Assembly: GCA_016180435.1 (NCBI GenBank)
Contig: JACPBG010000003.1
Span: 77,791-141,790 of the forward strand
DNA from: Candidatus Sungiibacteriota bacterium
GTDB taxonomy: Bacteria > Patescibacteriota > Minisyncoccia > Sungbacterales > HO2-52-23
DNA length: 64,000 nucleotides
Direction: 5' to 3'
The translations under genes and the position numbers were made by a program. The notes below the pieces were generated by a model that was not told the DNA's origin, did no database searches, and saw only the letters and a program-made list of their open reading frames with translations. The first letter of the stretch is position 1; each line of letters opens with the position of its first letter. Shown here one piece after another: positions 1 to 8,201 of this stretch.

Positions 1-66
1 CCCAATATTGTGGCGCGTGCCGAGGAATTTATCCCCCGGATTGCCAAGACCAACGATAAGAATCAT
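1..66 (-). CDS. pth: peptidyl-tRNA hydrolase, N-terminus (runs off window)
   Basis: Minus strand reads MILIVGLGNPGDKFLGTRHNIG, the Pth N-terminal signature. Confidence 0.9.
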   Translation of the reverse strand, partial: MILIVGLGNPGDKFLGTRHNIG

Positions 67-73
67 GGTTTTA

Positions 74-280
74 TTCTACGAAATTACCTGCCCGCCATAT
101 GCCTGTCTAATTAGTAAAGATGCTGTTCCAATCCCCACAGAGTATGGAGCTTTATCCTTACTTCCGGCACAGGCGTATGGCAGGCGGGCGAACAAATACG
201 AAAATACGAAAAACTATTACACTTGTTTAAAACTCATCTTAACTGTTCGTATTTTCGTACACTTTCGTACTTTCGTAGGA
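74..280. repeat. nested palindromic element (family C-like outer arms, GC-rich inner stem)
   Basis: tctacgaaa...tttcgtagg outer arms with tacgaa/ttcgta units; inner ctgcccgccatatgcctgt / acaggcgtatggcaggcggg. Confidence 0.6.
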
Positions 281-292
281 AATATTTAGTAT

Positions 293-321
293 TTGCCTAT
301 CGCTTTTTTTTCAAGTATAAT
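293..321 (+). promoter_or_regulatory. sigma70 promoter, probably leaderless lepB mRNA
   Basis: TTGCCT-17nt-TATAAT ending 7 nt before ATG 329. Confidence 0.6.
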
Positions 322-328
322 CCAAATT

Positions 329-934
329 ATGGTTGAAAGCAATGAAGAAGAGAAGTTTGGCGAATTTACGCCAGATGCGCATGGCGTGGGCGGGGGGCTT
401 TGGGATGTTACCAAGGTTATTATAACCTCGATTTTAATTGTCCTTCCTATTCGATATTTCATAATCCAGCCTTTTATTGTGCGCGGAGCGTCTATGGATC
501 CAAATTTTGAGGATCGGCAATACCTGATTGTAGACGAGGTGTCATATTATTTTCGCGAACCCGAGCGGGGAGAAGTTATTATTTTTCATTATCCCCGCGA
601 CCCCCGACAATATTTCATTAAGCGAATTGTCGGCCTGCCCGGAGACACTCTGGAATTTACCGGCGGCCGGGTTAAGATTACTAATAAGGCGTATCAAGAG
701 GGATTTACGTTTGAAGAACCGTATCTTATGCCCCCCGATCGCCCCACCGGACCATATATGCGTATAACTCTTGGCGAAGATGAATATTTCGTGTTAGGCG
801 ATAACCGGGACGCAAGTTCTGATTCAAGAGTCTGGGGAGTTTTGCGGCGTGAGCTTATTGTCGGACGCGCCTTTTTCCGGGCACTGCCCCCCAAGAAGTT
901 CGGATTTGTGCCGGACTATTCCGTGGCGTATTAA
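329..934 (+). CDS. lepB: signal peptidase I
   Basis: TM segment, GASMDP (catalytic Ser), FIKRIVGLPGD (Lys), GDNRDASSDSR. Confidence 0.95.
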   Translation: MVESNEEEKFGEFTPDAHGVGGGLWDVTKVIITSILIVLPIRYFIIQPFIVRGASMDPNFEDRQYLIVDEVSYYFREPERGEVIIFHYPRDPRQYFIKRIVGLPGDTLEFTGGRVKITNKAYQEGFTFEEPYLMPPDRPTGPYMRITLGEDEYFVLGDNRDASSDSRVWGVLRRELIVGRAFFRALPPKKFGFVPDYSVAY

Positions 935-1102
935 GCAATGATGCCAATCCCATGCGAATTTAATGCTAATCTACAAATTGCTAATAATTATTCTTCGAGT
1001 TAAATCGAGAAGATACCTTAAATGTATATTCTCGACAAGCTCGAATAGTAACGATTCGCAATTCGCCAGATTGGCATTAGATTTGTAGATTGGCATCGCT
1101 GC
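935..1102 (+). repeat. family A intergenic hairpin element (long form)
   Basis: gcaatgatgccaatc...gattggcatcgctgc filling the lepB stop to hisS-like start spacer. Confidence 0.9.
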
Positions 1103-1104
1103 AC

Positions 1105-2472
1105 ATGTCTAAACAAAAATCATCGGAAAAAGATATCATCGCTTCTTTGGACCGTTTGCCGGCGCGTGAGGAGATTTATGAAAATCTGCAAAAAAAATTC
1201 GGATCTTTGGCGGAATATTACGGGTTTGAATTGATTTTTACTCCGCCCATCGAGCATTATCGTCAGTATCTGCCTTTGATAAGGGGAGGGTATATGGATG
1301 AGCGAATTCCGGTACAGTGCCGTTGCCGTCCCGGTAGTGATTATGTGCTTCGTGTGTCCGGCATTCTTTCGGCTCTTCGCGCCTATATTTCCCATAAGAT
1401 GAGTGATGGGCCGCAGCCGGTTAAGCTTGTTTTTGAGGGAGATGTTTTTTTTGCCGAATCCAAGCGCGAGGACGCTATCAAGTCGCGCTACGAATGCGGT
1501 TTGCTGATAGCGGGCGAGGAGGGGCCGGTTGCCGCCGCCGAGATAGTGCAGATTTTCTGGAAGATTTTAGACGGTATCGGTGTTGATCTGCGAGAGCTTG
1601 AACTTCGGGTAAATGCCATTGGCTGCGCATCTTGTTATCCGTCTTTTCGTTCCTCGCTGGCATCTTATTTCCGTTCGCGCGCTTCGCGTCTTTGCCGCAG
1701 TTGCCGCAAAGCCGCCAAATCGCATCCGGTGAGGGCCTTGTCGTGTGCGGATGAAAAATGCAAGATGTTTGCAAAACATGCCCCGCAAGTTCTTGATTTT
1801 TTGTGCGACCAGTGCAAAAAACAGTTGCGCGGATTCCTTGAATTTTTGGATGAGCTGAAAGTCCCTTATTATCTGGATCCGCGTTTTTTCCGGGATGGAC
1901 TTTGGTTCAATACCTTGATTTTTGAATTTTCCGGAAAGGCCAAGGAAAAACCGGTTAGTGCCGTTGCGGTCGAAGGCGGCGGCGCCGAAGATGTGGCGGG
2001 CGGTGATAATAATGATGTATCTGCCGAGGAGCACGAAGGCGCGATTGTAATTGGCGAGGGCGGAGGATGCACCAAAGCCGCCGAACTTCTTTCCGGCAAA
2101 CGGGTTGAGGCAGTCGGGTTTGAACTGTATATTGATCGTTTAATAATGTTTTTATCGCGCCGCCGGCTGGTTGATTCCAAAAAACCCATGGTGTTTCTTA
2201 CGCATCTTGGTGATTTGGCCAAGCGTAAAAGCCTGGCTTTAATGGAGACCTTGCGCGGCGGAGGGATAGAAGTAAAGGAATCGTTGGGCCGCGATTCTAT
2301 CAAATCACAGCTTAAACTTGCGGAAAAAGCCGAGGCGAAATTCGCGCTTATTATGGGACAGAAAGAGGCGCTGGACGATACGATTATTGTGCGGGAAGTC
2401 GGGTCCGGTATTCAGGAAACGATTCCGCAGGAAAAATTGATAGAATTTTTGAAAGCCAAGTTAAAAAAGTAA
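1105..2472 (+). CDS. histidyl-tRNA synthetase-like protein (degenerate catalytic motifs)
   Basis: YGFELIFTPPIE motif 1, Cys-rich insertion domain, C-terminal HGTP anticodon-binding domain (KSQLKLAEK, IMGQKE); RGLDYY and GGRYD absent. Confidence 0.8.
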   Translation: MSKQKSSEKDIIASLDRLPAREEIYENLQKKFGSLAEYYGFELIFTPPIEHYRQYLPLIRGGYMDERIPVQCRCRPGSDYVLRVSGILSALRAYISHKMSDGPQPVKLVFEGDVFFAESKREDAIKSRYECGLLIAGEEGPVAAAEIVQIFWKILDGIGVDLRELELRVNAIGCASCYPSFRSSLASYFRSRASRLCRSCRKAAKSHPVRALSCADEKCKMFAKHAPQVLDFLCDQCKKQLRGFLEFLDELKVPYYLDPRFFRDGLWFNTLIFEFSGKAKEKPVSAVAVEGGGAEDVAGGDNNDVSAEEHEGAIVIGEGGGCTKAAELLSGKRVEAVGFELYIDRLIMFLSRRRLVDSKKPMVFLTHLGDLAKRKSLALMETLRGGGIEVKESLGRDSIKSQLKLAEKAEAKFALIMGQKEALDDTIIVREVGSGIQETIPQEKLIEFLKAKLKK

Positions 2473-2474
2473 AA

Positions 2475-2561
2475 CACACGAATCCACAAATGTTTACACT
2501 AATCCACGAATCACGAATAGTTTATTCGTGGATTCGTATGAGTCGTTTGTGGATTAGTGTG
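2475..2561. repeat. family D intergenic hairpin (acacaaatccac type)
   Basis: cacacgaatccacaaa...tttgtggattagtgtg. Confidence 0.85.
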
Positions 2562-2568
2562 ACGGCGC

Positions 2569-2916
2569 ATGCCTAATTGTCTTTTCTGTAAAATCGCATC
2601 CGGTGAAATTCCGTCCGAAACATTCTATGAAGACAAGGATGTCCGTGTTTTTAAAGATATAAACCCCAAGGCCCCGGTGCATTTACTGGTGGTTCCCAAA
2701 GTGCATATTCAGTCAATCGCCCATCTGGAAACAAACCATAGCGATGTTATTACCAAAATAATTTATATTGCCAAACGTACGGCCGCAGATAGGGGCTTGA
2801 CCGGATATAAATTAGTGTTTAATGTCGGTAAAGAAGGAGGGCAGGTGATTGACCATTTGCATCTGCATCTGCTTGGCGGGTGGGGAAGTAAGGAGGAGAA
2901 AAAAGTTGACGTATAG
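2569..2916 (+). CDS. HIT family nucleotide-binding protein
   Basis: CLFCKI N-terminus and HLHLHLLGG triad. Confidence 0.95.
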   Translation: MPNCLFCKIASGEIPSETFYEDKDVRVFKDINPKAPVHLLVVPKVHIQSIAHLETNHSDVITKIIYIAKRTAADRGLTGYKLVFNVGKEGGQVIDHLHLHLLGGWGSKEEKKVDV

Positions 2917-2917
2917 T

Positions 2918-2983
2918 TTTACGAAATACGGATCAGTACGAATGTACGAATTCGTAAATTCGTAAAAATTCGTATTTCGTAAA
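2918..2983. repeat. family C intergenic hairpin (empty)
   Basis: tttacgaaatacg...cgtatttcgtaaa. Confidence 0.9.
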
Positions 2984-2986
2984 GTC

Positions 2987-3211
2987 ATGGTGGAGATCCG
3001 TAAAAAAGAAGGAGAAACTCAAGGCGCATTTTTGCGCAGGTTTTCGCGTTCCATGCAGCGCTCCGGGGTTTTGATCCGCGCGCGGGGAAATCAGTTTTAT
3101 GAAGCCAAGCCCACGAAGCGCGTGATGAAAGAGAGGGCTTTAAGGAGAATTGCGGCTGGTAAGGAAAGAGAACGGCTGGATAAATTGGGAAAGTTGACGA
3201 AGGAGGAATAA
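2987..3211 (+). CDS. rpsU: 30S ribosomal protein S21
   Basis: VEIRKKEGE..FLRRF..SGVL..FYE..P pattern, basic, HIT-rpsU-yqeY neighbourhood. Confidence 0.75.
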   Translation: MVEIRKKEGETQGAFLRRFSRSMQRSGVLIRARGNQFYEAKPTKRVMKERALRRIAAGKERERLDKLGKLTKEE

Positions 3212-3220
3212 TTTGTCGGG

Positions 3221-3384
3221 GCGGTTTTCGTCCCGACTTTAAAAAAGACGCTCAGCGGAATAATCCTTAAATTTTTAAACCCTCGCTTCGCTAAGCGTAC
3301 GGGCCGCAACAAATTTTAGAATATTACATACTTCGTATTATCAGCGGCCCTCCCGATTCTTTTTAAAAGTCGGGACTCAACCGC
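3221..3384. repeat. family G-like multibranch palindromic element
   Basis: gtcccgactttaaaaaaga / tctttttaaaagtcgggac arms with ctccc.att core. Confidence 0.65.
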
Positions 3385-3431
3385 GCATTCATGATGGGTG
3401 AGTATGGGGTTTGCTCATTGTATACGCTTTA

Positions 3432-3558
3432 CTCCGCACCAAATTTTGACTGCCGTTTTAGTTTCAATCAAAGCAAGATGAACATCCATTCATGATATGA
3501 AATATTTACCGGTGGTTAAGCTTTAAGTACAGAAACTGTCAAAATTTTAGTGACGGGG
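3432..3558. mobile_element. MITE-like element family B2
   Basis: ctccgcaccaaattttgac...gtcaaaattttagtgacgggg; interior homologous to 14224-14354 in opposite orientation. Confidence 0.75.
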
Positions 3559-3645
3559 CTTGCGGCGTTTTTTGTTTGTTTGACTTTTAGGGCCGTGACT
3601 ATATACTTAAAATAGTTTTTTTATTTTTCAAACAGAGGTGTTTTT

Positions 3646-4206
3646 ATGAATAGGAAAGTTCTTGGAATGCTTTGCGCTGTAATGGTTTTGGCCTTTGCAC
3701 CGTTGGCATACAGCCAGAATGTAGTGGAGATGAAGGGCGAGCAAGATTTCATGACCTGGGTAAGCGGTTTAAAGCTTGAGGCCGGGGGAGATGTGTATAA
3801 CCCAGCACTTAAAGAAACTAAACTAATTTATCCTGTTAAAATGAAAGTTATTATCGTACCCCAATTGATACGTGCCTCATTCAGTACCCAGGTATCATTT
3901 CAGAGTCATTCGGAACGATATACAGTAATTCTTACTGGTTTCGGCATGAACATCCCTTTTGAGGGGTCAGAACTAAGGGGACAAATAAACCCGCTTTTTT
4001 TCTTAGAGCTTGAAACATCACTTTTGAAATCCGAACATTTTGACTCATTACTTGAATCAAGTCGGAAGTTTATACCCATAGAAATTCAAGGGTATGTGGG
4101 TTTACAAGATCAGTTGAAGTTGGAAAAAAGCAAGGACTATCCGGGGAGTTTTGAGATACGAGTAAAGCTTCGTCCTACATTAATAAACGGCAAACCGTTG
4201 CCGTAA
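3646..4206 (+). CDS. hypothetical secreted protein
   Basis: 186 aa ORF with signal peptide (..PLAYS/Q), GAGG RBS and own TTGACT..TATACT promoter. Confidence 0.75.
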   Translation: MNRKVLGMLCAVMVLAFAPLAYSQNVVEMKGEQDFMTWVSGLKLEAGGDVYNPALKETKLIYPVKMKVIIVPQLIRASFSTQVSFQSHSERYTVILTGFGMNIPFEGSELRGQINPLFFLELETSLLKSEHFDSLLESSRKFIPIEIQGYVGLQDQLKLEKSKDYPGSFEIRVKLRPTLINGKPLP

Positions 4207-4304
4207 TCATAATCTCGGAGGAATTACGCATTCCTTCGTTTTTTTGTTTGACAAAAATAAACGGATTTGATATAAGGTTATCAGGTCTTAATAAAGGAAT
4301 ACCG

Positions 4305-4829
4305 ATGAATTTGACCGATATGACAATGAATTGGCTTATCTGGCTGGTAGCACAGTGGTGGTTTTATCCCGCAGCGTTTTATTATCTGTTTTTCGGCGCT
4401 TTGTTTGGGTCGTTGAATTACTGGGTCGCGCAGGAAACAGACCAATATCCTTACTGGCTGCGATTCCTTTTGTATCCCGTGGCAACTGTTTTACGCGAGG
4501 GTTGGTGGGATGGCGCGGTAGCTCCTTCCCATAAGCCAATTGTCAGAACATACGTTAATTTTGCCTCGGCGACTACGGTGAGTTATACTAATCATTCAGA
4601 GGCCATATGCATAGTCGTGTATAGTCTTTTCTGGACGCTAAAGGTTCTGTTTAATTTATCTGTTTTGGTAGTCATATTCACGGTGGGTATACTGGTATGT
4701 GTGTATGCGTTCATCGCGATTGGTGTTTGTAAAGCTTTGGACGGCATTGCAGATATTATGATGACTGGCATATCAGTCGCATTTCGGGCTGTCCGCCCGA
4801 CCTCTGAAGTTGATAAAAACGCGCCATAA
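4305..4829 (+). CDS. hypothetical membrane protein
   Basis: Hydrophobic ORF preceded by TTGACA-17-TATAAG. Confidence 0.65.
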   Translation: MNLTDMTMNWLIWLVAQWWFYPAAFYYLFFGALFGSLNYWVAQETDQYPYWLRFLLYPVATVLREGWWDGAVAPSHKPIVRTYVNFASATTVSYTNHSEAICIVVYSLFWTLKVLFNLSVLVVIFTVGILVCVYAFIAIGVCKALDGIADIMMTGISVAFRAVRPTSEVDKNAP

Positions 4830-4903
4830 CGTCGGTTCCATTTGCCGGAATTTTCTTCCGGCTTTTTTAATCCAAAGCTGTTTATTATTTGTATACTGTA
4901 GAG

Positions 4904-4943
4904 CAATTTTCACTAATTCGCGATCGCGAATTAGTGAAAATTG
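4904..4943. repeat. perfect 40-bp palindrome
   Basis: caattttcactaattcgcga|tcgcgaattagtgaaaattg. Confidence 0.9.
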
Positions 4944-5005
4944 ATGGAAATCAAAATAGTGTTCGGCGCAAATAAAAAAAATCCGAGGAAAGGTCCTCGG
5001 TGTGA

Positions 5006-5611
5006 TTATGATTTGGTTTTTCGCGGTTTGTGAGTGCGAAATACTACCGTGGGGCGCAGTGCCAAGTAAAGCTCTTTTGCTTTTTTGCCGCGCGGGTTCA
5101 GGCGGTAATATTTATGGAATGCCGTGGCTGACAAAAATACTCGCCAGAGAAGGAATGCCTGTAAGAGCTTGTCTTTGGATTTATCTTCAGTAAAGATTTT
5201 CAGGTCTTTATACGCCCACTCCGCATATTGGCAGAGTTTGAGATAGGAGCGCACGAATTTTTGCACCGCTCGGCGAGTTTCTGGAGGATACGTCTCGCCC
5301 AGAATAAGATTTTTCGTATCCCGCGTAGTTTTTGAATCAGCGAGACGTTTTTTTGCTTCGTCTAGCCATTTTCCGGTCTCGAGTGAATAATCGACTCCAT
5401 CCCGTTTCGCCTGCCGAAGGATTCTTTTCTCGAATTCTTCGATCTTCATACGGACGGGTGTGGTTTTCATTTCGTTCCACGCTTCCTCAATATTGCGGAG
5501 TGCTTTTTGAATCACTGTCAGTTTCGTCGCATATACAACCTGCCCCTCGCCACTTCCTATTCCCATGATTCCCCCCCTTATTTTTTGGATGTTATCAGGA
5601 TCTATGTGCAT
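5006..5611 (-). CDS. hypothetical protein
   Basis: 201 aa helical/basic ORF with upstream TTGACT..TATACT on the minus strand. Confidence 0.65.
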   Translation of the reverse strand: MHIDPDNIQKIRGGIMGIGSGEGQVVYATKLTVIQKALRNIEEAWNEMKTTPVRMKIEEFEKRILRQAKRDGVDYSLETGKWLDEAKKRLADSKTTRDTKNLILGETYPPETRRAVQKFVRSYLKLCQYAEWAYKDLKIFTEDKSKDKLLQAFLLWRVFLSATAFHKYYRLNPRGKKAKELYLALRPTVVFRTHKPRKTKS

Positions 5612-5692
5612 AGTATATAATCACCGGAAATAAGTCAATTGTTTGTTGGGGTTTGTTTTGACTTTTTGGTATTTATTATGTATCAAGAAGAT

Positions 5693-6172
5693 ATGTTGGA
5701 AAAAATTCAAAATGATATTAAAGATGCGATGCGGGCGCATGATGAACTTAAATTATCGGTTCTGCGGATGTTATCGGCTGCGATTCATAACCGCGAAATT
5801 GAGAAGAAATCCAGGGGCGGGGAGGCAGTTTTAACTGATGACGAAATTATCGCGGTTATCCGTTCTGAAGTGAAAAAACGGCGCGACGCGGTTGAGGGTT
5901 TTACTAAAGGCGGGAGAATGAATATGGCGGAGAAAGAGCAGATGGAGTCAAAAATTTTGGAAAGTTATATGCCGCAGGAATCGGCGGATGAGGAAATAGA
6001 AAAAATAGTGAAAGAGGTTATCGCATCAATGAGTGAGGATATAATAAAGCCCTTCGACCAGGCTCAGGGTAAAAATTTTGGTAAAATAATGGGTGCGGTG
6101 ATGAAAAAAATCGGGGGATTGGCATCGGGAGACAAGGTCAAGGCGGTGGTAGAAAAATTTTTGGTAAAATAG
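5693..6172 (+). CDS. GatB/YqeY domain protein
   Basis: KDAMRA.D..LSVLRML, EVKKRRDAVE.F..GGR, GKIMGAVM. Confidence 0.92.
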   Translation: MLEKIQNDIKDAMRAHDELKLSVLRMLSAAIHNREIEKKSRGGEAVLTDDEIIAVIRSEVKKRRDAVEGFTKGGRMNMAEKEQMESKILESYMPQESADEEIEKIVKEVIASMSEDIIKPFDQAQGKNFGKIMGAVMKKIGGLASGDKVKAVVEKFLVK

Positions 6173-6177
6173 AATTT

Positions 6178-6549
6178 ATGTCGAATAAACTGTTGCAAAG
6201 GATAAAAAAAAATCTTCCGGCCGCTGTTCGCATTAAGCTACCCCGTAAGGTAGCTATTATTAGCATCGAAGAAAAAGAATCCAGGGAATTAAACCTGGCT
6301 TATCGTGATAAAAATAAACCCGCCAATGTTTTATCCTTCCTTTATAGCCCTGAATATGGTGAAATAATTGTATGTCCGGCGGTTATCCGAAAAGAGGCAA
6401 AAGAGCAAAGAAATACGTATAGATACCAGATGACATGGATGATTGTGCATGGTATTATACATCTTGCGGGGATTCACCATGAGAAATCAGAAATTATGCG
6501 TAAAAAATTTGAGCGTATCGAAAGAAGTGCTCTCGGCAAATTATTCTAA
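6178..6549 (+). CDS. ybeY: rRNA maturation endoribonuclease YbeY
   Basis: ELN..YR.K.KPANVLSF, HGIIHLAGIHH. Confidence 0.9.
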   Translation: MSNKLLQRIKKNLPAAVRIKLPRKVAIISIEEKESRELNLAYRDKNKPANVLSFLYSPEYGEIIVCPAVIRKEAKEQRNTYRYQMTWMIVHGIIHLAGIHHEKSEIMRKKFERIERSALGKLF

Positions 6550-6664
6550 TTGTTCTAATTATTCTAATTGATCCAAATAAATCTACAATTTTCAATGTCC
6601 AAATTAGACATTAGTCATTGAGTATTGATTAGAATAATTAGGTCAATTAGGTTAATTAGAATAA
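6541..6664. repeat. family H intergenic hairpin (ttctaat/attagaa units)
   Basis: ttattctaattgttctaattattctaat...attagaataattaggtcaattaggttaattagaataa overlapping the ybeY stop. Confidence 0.8.
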
Positions 6665-6672
6665 TTTTGAAC

Positions 6673-7914
6673 GTGTCTCGTAACATCATCACAGCTTTAG
6701 ATGTCGGTACATCCACGGTGCAGGCCGTGATTGCCGAGAAACGCCGCGGCGAAGACAGCCCGCGTATTTTGGGCATTGGTATTTCTCCATCGCACGGGGT
6801 AAGGCGCGGAGTGGTGGTGGATTGCGATGATGCAAGTGCCGCAATCCAGGCCGCCATGGAAGATGCCCGAAAGGCAGCCGGAGTCCAAACGCGCTCGGTT
6901 TGGGTGACTGTGGGCGGCGCGCATGTTTCCGTTTCTTCTTCCCGTGGAATTATTGCGGTGTCGCGCGCGGACGGCGAAATTTCGCCCGAGGATGTGGGAC
7001 GCGCCATTGCCGCGGCCGAGACCTTTATCCCTAAAAATCCGAACCGTGAAATTTTGCATATGATTCCACGCGATTTCAGGGTGGATGCGGAGGCGGGTAT
7101 TAAAGATCCTATTGGAATGCATGGCGTGCGGCTGGAGGTGGATACCCTGATTATTGATTGTTCTCGGCCGTTTTTAAAAAATCTATTCAAATGTGTGGAG
7201 GGCGCCGGACTTAAAATCGTAGATTATGTGTTTTCGCCATTGGCCGCCGCTGAAGTTGTGCTTACCAAAAGGCAGAAAGAACTTGGATCAATGGTGCTGG
7301 ATATCGGAGGAGGTACCGCAAGCTTTATGGTGTTTGAGGAGGGGGTGCCGATACATGCCGGCGTTTTGCCGATTGGAGGCGGGCATATTACCAATGATGT
7401 TGCGATTGGGTTTCGTACAGATGTGGATGTGGCCGAAAAAATAAAGTTGGTATACGGGTCATGCCTTTCGGTGGAACTTCCCAAGCGCGAGAATATACGG
7501 CTGGCCGAATTTGTGGAGGGGGAATCGGCGCTTTATTCGCGTCGGGAACTTGCCGAGATTATAGAAGCCCGGCTCCGGGACATTTTTGAACTTCTGCAAA
7601 AGGAGCTTCGTAAAATTAATCGTGCAGCGCTTCTTCCGGGAGGAGTGGTGGTGGTGGGCGGATCAGCCGCCACCCGGGGCTTGATTGATTTGACCAAGCG
7701 CGAGATGAAACTGCCGGTTGCTATTGGTGTTCCGCAGGGATTTGAGATATCGGATGAAGAAAAGGCGTCCGCATTTTCCGCGGCTTTGGGTGTTGTGCGC
7801 TGGGCATATGCTAAAGGAGGCGGGGGCGATGGAGGGATTTGGTTGCGGGGCCGTAAATTAGGCGATTTTTCCGGAGACAAAATAATGAGCTGGTTTAAAT
7901 CGTTTTTACCATAG
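6673..7914 (+). CDS. ftsA: cell division protein FtsA
   Basis: ALDVGTS, VLDIGGGT, GGGHITNDVAIG; upstream of ftsZ; GTG start. Confidence 0.95.
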   Translation: MSRNIITALDVGTSTVQAVIAEKRRGEDSPRILGIGISPSHGVRRGVVVDCDDASAAIQAAMEDARKAAGVQTRSVWVTVGGAHVSVSSSRGIIAVSRADGEISPEDVGRAIAAAETFIPKNPNREILHMIPRDFRVDAEAGIKDPIGMHGVRLEVDTLIIDCSRPFLKNLFKCVEGAGLKIVDYVFSPLAAAEVVLTKRQKELGSMVLDIGGGTASFMVFEEGVPIHAGVLPIGGGHITNDVAIGFRTDVDVAEKIKLVYGSCLSVELPKRENIRLAEFVEGESALYSRRELAEIIEARLRDIFELLQKELRKINRAALLPGGVVVVGGSAATRGLIDLTKREMKLPVAIGVPQGFEISDEEKASAFSAALGVVRWAYAKGGGGDGGIWLRGRKLGDFSGDKIMSWFKSFLP

Positions 7915-8082
7915 ATCATGAACAGAACGTCTTAGCAATTTTTGTCAGCTGCCTGGTTTTTCTGGGCGGTTTTGAATTATCTCGGACTCTTGTTGTTTAA
8001 ACTATGTGGATAAGGGGTGGAATATATGTGTTTTTGTCAACTTGCCAGAGAAATAAGTGTGTGCTACCTTGAGGGCGGAAAT

Positions 8083-8197
8083 GCAATGATGCCAATCCAC
8101 AAATTTTATGCCAATTTAGCGAATTGCGAATAAATTTTAACAGATGTATATTCGCAATTTGTAGATTAGCATTAAATTCGCATCGGATTGGCATCAC
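8083..8197 (-). repeat. family A hairpin (outer arms reversed)
   Basis: gcaatgatgccaatc...cattaaattcgcatcggattggcatca just before the ftsZ ATG. Confidence 0.9.
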
Positions 8198-8201
8198 ATT
8201 T

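Noticed and set aside
8124-8201. N-terminal extensions in the ORF track for ftsZ, ftsA, rplB, rplV, rnhA, rpsL, pgk and others
   Set aside because: They are read-through of upstream hairpin or intergenic sequence; starts were moved to the conserved N-termini
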